From: Phyllobates terribilis | Lineage: Eukaryota | Assembly: GCF_046119375.1 (NCBI RefSeq) | Contig: NW_027362771.1 | Coordinates: 576,042,001-576,106,000, forward strand | Direction: 5' to 3' | Length of the DNA stretch: 64,000 nt | Shown here: piece after piece, positions 60,490 to 64,000 of the stretch | How the letters are laid out: each line of letters starts with the position of its first letter | How positions within the stretch are numbered: the stretch's first letter is position 1 | Position numbers and translations under genes: made by a program | The notes under the pieces: model-generated | The model's input: only the letters and a program-made list of their open reading frames with translations | What the model was told of the DNA's origin: nothing | Database searches by the model: none

Positions 60490-61525
60490 TGTGTACATGA
60501 GAAGAGGTTACATACTAAATACAGATATCACTTAGAGTAAACTAACAATGATAGAAGGGTACAGAGGGAAGAGGACCCTGCTCTTGCGGGCTTACAGGAT
60601 GGTGGGGAAGGAGACAGTAGGTTGGGGGACTTCAGTAGCTCCGATGGTGATGAGGAGGCAGCGGGGTCATGGCAGGCTGTAGCTTTCTTGAAGAGATGGG
60701 TTTTCAGGTTCCGTCTGAAGGATCCAGGTGTGGCGGATAATCGGACGTGTTGAGGCACAGAATTCTAGAGCAGGGTTCCCCAACTCCAGTCCTCAAGGCC
60801 CACCAACAGGTCATGTTTTCAGGATTTCCTTAGTATTGCACAGGTGATGTAACTATTGCCTGTGCTGATGATGGAATTATCACCTGTGCAATACTAAGGA
60901 AATCCTGAAAACATGACCTGTTGGTGGGCCTTGAGGACTGGAGTTGGGGAACCCTGTTCTAGAGGATGCGAGAGTGTTAGCAGGTAGGCCACAGAGGAGG
61001 ATGTTGCAGTAGTCGAGGTGGGAGATGATGAGGGCTTGCGCAAGCAGTTTAGTAGATTGAGGGTTGAGGAAGGGACGGATTCTGGAAATGTTTTTGAGCT
61101 GGAGGCGACAGGAGGTGGCGAGAGCTTGGATGAGGGGTTTGAAAGACAGGGCAGAGTCAAGGGTTACTCCGGGGCAGTGGATTGCCGGTACAGGGGAAAG
61201 TGTGATGACATTTATTGTGATAGAAAGATCAGGTGGGGAAGATATGCAAGATGGAGGAAAGAGGACGAGTTCAGATTTGTCCACATTGAGCTTGAGGTAG
61301 CTGGAGAAGAAGGAGGATATGGCTGATAGACACTCTGGGATTCTGGACAGCAGAGAGGGGACATCTGGGCCAGAGAGGTAGATCTGGGTGTCATCAGCGT
61401 ACAGATGGTACTGGAAGCCATGGGATTTTATGAGCTGTCCCAGGCCAAAACGGTATGGATTGAGAAGAGTAGGGGTCCTAGGACAGAGCCTTGAGGGACT
61501 CCAACAGAGAGGGGGTGGGGTGAGG
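60490..61525 (-). mobile_element. 5'-truncated L2-type LINE
   Basis: [43 protein letters not shown], with frameshifts. Confidence 0.88.
60771..60956. mobile_element. 186 bp palindromic hAT MITE inserted into the L2
   Basis: Almost fully self-complementary; perfect 8 bp TSD TTCTAGAG on both sides. Confidence 0.93.
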
Positions 61526-62024
61526 AGGTAGTGTGGGAAGAAGTATGGAAAGAAGGGGGCAGTGTGGAGGGCAGGTACCATAAGAGGGACAGTGTGGGGT
61601 CATATTGTGCAGGGAATATAGTGAGGGGCAATTATTTATTCAGGGGCTCAGCGTAGGGCAGATATTTTTATTCAGGAGCATTATAATCTCACTGCTATTT
61701 TTAAGAGCATGATGTGGGGATGTGCTGCAGAAGACCGGAGAGACGAGCTGTGGATGAGAAGTCATCATGGAGTCTGGACAAGATGAAGAAAAGAAAGAAC
61801 GACTCTAATCAGAGACATCATCTGGAAGTTACCTAGATGTAAAGGTTTGTTTGTGATGTTGACTAATTGTCATCAACACAGTGGTTCCTGTATGGTCCGC
61901 AGTCTGATGATGACTAATAACTCCCAGCATCTCCTTACCATTTTTAAGGACATACTGGGAGTTTTATGTTCATGTGATATAAATATATGGGTCTGACCTG
62001 AGATTAAAATTAATGTACCATGAA

Positions 62025-62340
62025 CTGATGGTGGTTCTGGTGATACATTCATGTACTGATCATGGCTCAGGCGATTTAATCATTTAATGATGGTGGTTCT
62101 GGTGATGTATTTCTGTACCGGTGGTGGTTCTGGTGCTGAATTCATGTACTAATTGTGGTCCTGATGTATCCATGTACTGATGGGGGTTCTATTGATCCAT
62201 TTCTGTACTGCTGGTGGTTCTAGTGATGTATTTCCTTACTGATGAGGGTTGTGATGCTGTGTTTCTGTACTGATGGGGATTCTACTGATGTATTTCTGTA
62301 CTGATGGTGGTTCTGGTGATGTATTCTTGTGCGGTTATTG
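62025..62340. repeat. Degenerate tandem repeat, about 31 bp unit
   Basis: GATGGTGGTTCTGGTGATGTATTTCTGTACT-like units. Confidence 0.7.
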
Positions 62341-63719
62341 GTTCTGATCCTATAACAATCCATAACTTGTAAGATTATGTGATACATGTCTATGCTAATA
62401 AATTGTGTCGTCTGACAGGTTAAGGATTACTATGTTTTTATTTATCTTATTAGCATTAAAGGGGTTGTCCAAGTTTGTGATGAAAGTCTGCAGTTACTCT
62501 ATGTGACTGCAGACTTCTGAATTCTCACAGCCCATGCACTGCACTCTGTCTGGATTCACTGGTGCCAGCGGGAGGTCACCAAACCACAAGTATGCAATTT
62601 ACATACATGCGGTCACGTGCCGACTAGATATGCGTCTCGTTCAATGAAAATGAATTGAGCGAGGCCGGACACGTCTAGTTGGAATGTGGCCGGAACCGCA
62701 TACTCGCGTTCACATGACCGTCCACTCTTGCCGCCGTCATGGGGGAATCCTAAAAGTGTGCAGTGCATGCGCTGTGAGAATTCAGAAACCTGCAGTCTTT
62801 TTCAAGCTGGACAAGTATGGACACCCCTATTTGGAGGGGTATCACGTGACCCTTCCCGCTGGTTATGATGGCACCCTGGTCTCACCCCAGCTAGGAAATA
62901 AAAGACCAGAGGAGATGACGATCTATACAAAACCTTTATTATTACCGATCTGCGGAGTTCATTTCTGAACACGCTTTTAAGGCGCAAGTTTATACAAACG
63001 GCAGGGAGCAACGACATTTGGTATCTCCGTAACCATGGTGGACATGATTATATAAATACAAAGACATAAAACACTCTCCATGCAAATATATATAAAAACT
63101 ATAAAAAAAGAAAAGAAAAAAACAACTGACAGTCCAGTTAACAGTAGGAAGAAACATGGTGACTGGGCGCCAATTGTGGCCACAAGACTGATGGGCAAAG
63201 TAGTGTAAGGGAGGACTCTGCCTGTAGGGGGAGCTGCACCTCCTGTAATAAGTATCTGCTTCTGGGAAATCTGTCTGACAACCAATATGGTTATTACAGC
63301 GCCTCATCCATCTTTCCTAGACTCCTGAATATGGAATCAAAGATCAGTTACATGCAGGAGTCTAGAAAAGCTGGGGAGACGCTCCAACCCAGCTCTACCA
63401 GAAGCGATCACCAAAAAGCTGTGCCCATAAGACACTTTTTTTTTTTTTTTTTAATTCTAAACCAATCCATATTTCAGTGCAGATTATTGTCATTTCTTAA
63501 ATATATCTTTAAAGGGGGTCGGGGCTTCATTTTTCTGATACACTGCACCAAATCTCCTGCATGGACACATAATTAATGATAGAAATCTATTTCATCTGCA
63601 GCCACCACTAGAGGGAGCAGAGTTTACTGTAGACGGAAGTAAATGCAGTGAGCTCCCTCTAGTGGTGGCTGCAGGTAAACAATTTTATATCCGGGCCAGG
63701 GATTTTGAGAGGTGCTTAA

Positions 63720-64000
63720 AGAAGTTGTCCACTACTTTTCCATTGATGCCCCATCCGTAGGATAGGGCATCAATGTTTGATCGTCCAGGGTCCCGCACCT
63801 GGCCCCCCTGCCGATCAGCTGGTACCGGTGCGAGCAGTGGTGGCCGGCAGTACTTACTTGCGGTGCTTGTGCGTCGCGGAGTACTACACATCCGCCTTGG
63901 GCACCGATAACAGCTGATCGGCGGGCGGTGCCAGGTGCGGGACCCCAGCGGATCAAACATTGATGCCCTATCCTACGGATGGGGCATCAATGGAAAAAGT
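63720..64000. mobile_element. TTAA-type palindromic MITE running off the window end
   Basis: ttaa|AGAAGTTGTCCACTAC start; about 50 bp at 63734-63783 is the reverse complement of 63951-64000. Confidence 0.75.

Noticed and set aside
56470-64000. Expected next syntenic gene (SLC44A2)
   Set aside because: No recognisable exon; the region is MITEs, L2 and low-complexity repeats.
1-64000. tRNA, rRNA, snoRNA or miRNA genes
   Set aside because: None recognised by eye, and the hairpins seen are explained by MITEs. An Infernal/Rfam scan would be needed to exclude small RNAs.

Overview
Vertebrate genomic DNA, most likely a frog (inferred from the repeat families and protein similarity). It holds three spliced genes, all on the minus strand and in the same order as human 19p13.2. 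KRI1: first three coding exons, 7610-7535, 700-624 and 16-<1, running off the window. CDKN2D/p19INK4d: 28277-28137 plus 24553-24209, 161 aa, probably with a non-coding first exon near 33.0 kb. AP1M2/mu1B: complete, 12 exons from 56469 to 37551, summing to 1272 nt = 423 aa. The rest is mobile DNA and tandem repeat: seven Tc1/mariner copies covering the DD34E, DD35E (intact), DD37E and DD38E spacing classes, an internally deleted DIRS retroelement that keeps its ITRs and ICR, CR1 and L2 fragments, a probable solo LTR, hAT/Harbinger/Kolobok-type MITEs and about ten minisatellite arrays. Nearly all long ORFs in the track are artefacts of these arrays. I found no new protein-coding system. The strongest hidden signals are a U12-type minor intron in AP1M2, the intact DD35E transposon beside the KRI1 promoter, the compact DIRS derivative, a palindromic AT-rich insertion hotspot, three exact CTCF consensus matches and visible stages of satellite formation. 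Coordinates were read by eye and may be off by a few bases at repeat edges.
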